DNA of 64,000 bases from Nitrospirota bacterium. GTDB taxonomy: Bacteria; Nitrospirota; Thermodesulfovibrionia; Thermodesulfovibrionales; Dissulfurispiraceae. The translations under genes and the position numbers were made by a program. Below, piece after piece: positions 61,236-64,000 of the stretch; position 1 is the first letter of the stretch, and every line of letters begins with the position of its first letter. The notes under the pieces are model-generated. The model saw only the letters and a list, made by a program, of their open reading frames with translations. It did not search any database and was not told the origin of the DNA. The stretch is from contig JBFLWF010000006.1 in assembly GCA_040758355.1 (NCBI GenBank), forward strand, positions 45,157-109,156, in the 5' to 3' direction.

Positions 61236-63320
61236 ATGGGTGAGGTATCGTCTGTGTACAGTATGTGCGGTATGTGCGCTGTCCGCTGCTCTATAAGGGT
61301 TGAAGTGGAAGAAGGCGCTGTTAAGTGGATCGAGGGCAATCCCCATGAACCAGGATTGGAAGGAAGCCTCTGTGCAAAGGGATCTGCAGGACTCGCATTC
61401 GAATATGATGCAGAACGTCCACAGTATCCAATGATAAGAGACGGAGAAAGAGGCTCTGGAAAATGGAAAAAGGCAACATGGGATGAGGCCCTTGATTATA
61501 TAGCAGGAAAACTTAAAGGGGTAACAGAGAAATACGGCGGCAAGGCCATAGCCCTTTCTGACAGGAGCGGCCCTTTTACTGACCTGACAACAAGCTTTTT
61601 GAAGGCACTGGGTTCTCCGAATTACTTTAATCACGATGATACATGCGGAAAAAATGTAGACATGGCATGCAAGAGCCTCTTTGGATTTGGAGGAAGGGGC
61701 GAGTTTAGCTATGACTTTGCCAATACAGGACACATAGTGCTTTATGGAAGGAATGTCTTTGAATCTTTGCAGGTAAAAGAAGTCAACAATATACTGGATG
61801 CAATGGACAAGGGCGCAAAACTGACATATATAGATTGCAGGGCAACTGTTACGGCATCAAAGGCTGACAGGTTCCTCATGATAAGGCCCGGGACAGACTA
61901 TGCCCTTAACCTTGCCCTCCTCCATGTGATATTGAAGGAAAGGCTCTATGATATAGACTTTATAAATAAAAATGTTACAGGACTGACGGAGCTTGAGAGC
62001 TTTGTTGTGCCATATACACCTGAGTGGGCGGAGAAAGAGACGGGAATACCGGCGCAGGAGATTATTAATCTTGCCCGGGATGTAAGCAATGATAAGCCTA
62101 AGGTAATATTCCATCCGGGATGGATGCTCGCAAGATACCTTGACTCCTTTTATGCCAGCAGAACTATTTACATTTTGAATGTCCTGATGGGAAACATCGA
62201 AACAAGGGGCGGTTTAATCATTGCAAAAGGACCTGCTGATGCAGGCAAGAAGCCGTTAAACTCCCTCGGTGCAAGAATCCCTGATCTAAAGGATAAGATA
62301 GTGGATGCAGCCATGAAAAACAAGCCCTTTGGAACAGGCCACGTGGTCAATCTCTATAAGGCGATAAAAACAGGAGAGCCTTACCCCATAAAGGCATATT
62401 TTGCCTATCGCTATGACCCGATAGCTTCACTTCCGGATCCCGAGGCACAGAAAAAGGTCCTGGATAATTTGGATTTATTGGTTTCTATTGATGTGAATTA
62501 CAGCCAGACAGGATGGTATTCCGATGTGATCCTTCCCGAATCCACCTATCTTGAAAGATCAAATATCATCGGCACAGCAAAAGGGCCTAAACCCTCTTTT
62601 GTGATGAGGAGACAGGCTATTGCACCGAGGTATGACAGCAAACCTGCATGGGAGATATTCACGCTCATAGCTGGAAGAATGGGGGTTGGTCAATATTTCC
62701 CGTACAAGGGCATTGAGGATATCTGGAATTACCAGCTTGAAGGGACGGGTGTTAAGATCGAGGATTTCAATGCCAAGGGATCGGTGGGCCTTGCAAAGGA
62801 TCCCATTCTCAAGGATAGAAATGATCTGAAATTCAAGACGCCGTCAGGGAAGATAGAGTTCGTCTCACAGGAGCTTGCAAAGTCCGGATTTGAGTCATTT
62901 AAGGCATATGCAACTCCCAGAAAACCAGAAAAAGGCGCCTTCAGACTAACATTTGGCAGAAGTGCTGTTCACGCCCATGCCCAATCGCAAAACAATATTT
63001 ACCTCAATGAGCTTATGCCAGAGAATGTCCTCTGGATAAATGAAAAGGAGGCAAAGGATCTGGGAATAAAGGATGGAGATACTGTTGAGGTATCTTCAAG
63101 CGGATACAGCGGAAAAATAAAAGCAAAGGTAACACCGTCCATACATCCTGAAACGGTATTTATGGTGCACGGATTCGGCAACGAGATACCGCTTAAGACA
63201 AGATCGTACAAAAAGGGTCTCAGTGATACGAAGTTTGAGATAGGACTGCTCGAAACAACAGACCCTGTGGGCGGCGGCGTTGCTTATGTTGAATGTTTTG
63301 TAGTCGTTAAGAAGGCATAA
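61236..63320 (+). CDS. Thiosulfate/polysulfide reductase-like (PhsA/PsrA clade) Mo-bisPGD subunit, no Tat signal
   Basis: CGMCAVRC...LCAKG FS0 at the very N-terminus; NHDDTC Cys ligand; DVILPESTYLER. Confidence 0.8.
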   Translation: MGEVSSVYSMCGMCAVRCSIRVEVEEGAVKWIEGNPHEPGLEGSLCAKGSAGLAFEYDAERPQYPMIRDGERGSGKWKKATWDEALDYIAGKLKGVTEKYGGKAIALSDRSGPFTDLTTSFLKALGSPNYFNHDDTCGKNVDMACKSLFGFGGRGEFSYDFANTGHIVLYGRNVFESLQVKEVNNILDAMDKGAKLTYIDCRATVTASKADRFLMIRPGTDYALNLALLHVILKERLYDIDFINKNVTGLTELESFVVPYTPEWAEKETGIPAQEIINLARDVSNDKPKVIFHPGWMLARYLDSFYASRTIYILNVLMGNIETRGGLIIAKGPADAGKKPLNSLGARIPDLKDKIVDAAMKNKPFGTGHVVNLYKAIKTGEPYPIKAYFAYRYDPIASLPDPEAQKKVLDNLDLLVSIDVNYSQTGWYSDVILPESTYLERSNIIGTAKGPKPSFVMRRQAIAPRYDSKPAWEIFTLIAGRMGVGQYFPYKGIEDIWNYQLEGTGVKIEDFNAKGSVGLAKDPILKDRNDLKFKTPSGKIEFVSQELAKSGFESFKAYATPRKPEKGAFRLTFGRSAVHAHAQSQNNIYLNELMPENVLWINEKEAKDLGIKDGDTVEVSSSGYSGKIKAKVTPSIHPETVFMVHGFGNEIPLKTRSYKKGLSDTKFEIGLLETTDPVGGGVAYVECFVVVKKA

Positions 63321-63332
63321 GGAGGAGGTACA

Positions 63333-63845
63333 ATGAGCATATATTATATTTATCAGGATCAGAAAAGATGCATAGGATGTTATGCCTGCGAGGTGCATTG
63401 CAAGACCAAGAACAATGTACCTGTAGGGCCGAGATTTTGCAGGATTATTCCTGTAGGACCAAAACTGGTTGGCAATATTCCGAGGATGCAATTTATCTTC
63501 ATGCCCTGTTTCCACTGCGAAAAACCATGGTGCGTGTCTGCATGTCCAACAGGAGCAATGCAGAAAAGATCAAAGGACGGAATTGTTTTTGTGGAGCAAT
63601 CCCTTTGCGTTGGATGCAAGTCCTGCATAACAGCATGCCCATGGGGTGTTCCGCAGTGGAATCCAGAGGCAGGAAAGGTCATAAAATGCGACTACTGCAA
63701 AGACAGGGTTGATAAGGGTTTGAAGCCTGCATGTGTTACCAAATGCACAGCCCACTCGCTCAAATGGGTTTCTGCAGCAGAGGCATCTGCGCTTAAGCGT
63801 GAGAAGTTCGCAAAGGAGATCACTGAATTCGGGGCATTGTACTAA
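63333..63845 (+). CDS. 4x[4Fe-4S] electron-transfer subunit (PhsB/DmsB-like)
   Basis: CIGCYACEVHC, CFHCEKPWCVSACP, CVGCKSCITACP, KCDYC. Confidence 0.9.
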   Translation: MSIYYIYQDQKRCIGCYACEVHCKTKNNVPVGPRFCRIIPVGPKLVGNIPRMQFIFMPCFHCEKPWCVSACPTGAMQKRSKDGIVFVEQSLCVGCKSCITACPWGVPQWNPEAGKVIKCDYCKDRVDKGLKPACVTKCTAHSLKWVSAAEASALKREKFAKEITEFGALY

Positions 63846-63859
63846 GGGGGTAACGCCAA

Positions 63860-64000
63860 ATGAACCAGATGTTACCGGGCAGTTACATACCAACCGATTA
63901 CCTGCCGATATTAATCATCATGATGATAGCCTTTGCCTTTGGATTAGGTGCATTGCTTGTAGGCAACCTGTTCAGGCTCAGGAGGCCCTACAAAGAGAAG
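63860..64000 (+). CDS. nuoA: Complex I subunit A (truncated by window edge)
   Basis: Not in ORF track: MNQMLPGSYIPTDYLPILIIMMIAFAFGLGALLVGNLFRLRRPYKEK matches the NuoA first TM and the loop before YECG. Confidence 0.75.
   Translation, partial: MNQMLPGSYIPTDYLPILIIMMIAFAFGLGALLVGNLFRLRRPYKEK

Overview
Chromosomal window from an anaerobic sulfur-cycling bacterium; gene content suggests Nitrospirota (Thermodesulfovibrionia-like), which is an inference. Layout: (1) 1-8100, a defence/TA island with hicBA, a nucleotidyltransferase pair, an MTase fragment, an ART-like protein, a DpnII-type R-M pair, a WYL protein, an OLD nuclease, DpnI-HTH remnants, AbrB-Doc and a RelE-like pair. (2) 10.0-19.1 kb, a sigma54-driven HydABC/NuoEFG-like flavin-FeS operon whose first two subunits carry receiver domains, then a PAS-GAF-GAF protein and fdhD. 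(3) pilB-pilT, tRNA-Phe, rtcA, tRNA-fMet, rdgB. (4) adk-sat-aprBA-qmoABC-hppA. (5) A sigma54 signalling operon with a frameshifted cheR. (6) rpmE-prfA, an integron remnant with TA cassettes, then prmC-dedA-murJ. (7) A PhnD-like sensor, kinase and NtrC-type regulator upstream of cheY/MCP, USP, a split TauE, and a cytoplasmic PhsA/PsrA-like Mo enzyme followed directly by nuoA. The most striking unexplained signal is a family of three ~170-nt rod-shaped putative non-coding RNAs (23029-23197 +, 56295-56472 +, 61007-61174 -). They share a covarying closing stem with a tandem GA/AG motif, and one starts at a predicted sigma54 transcription start.
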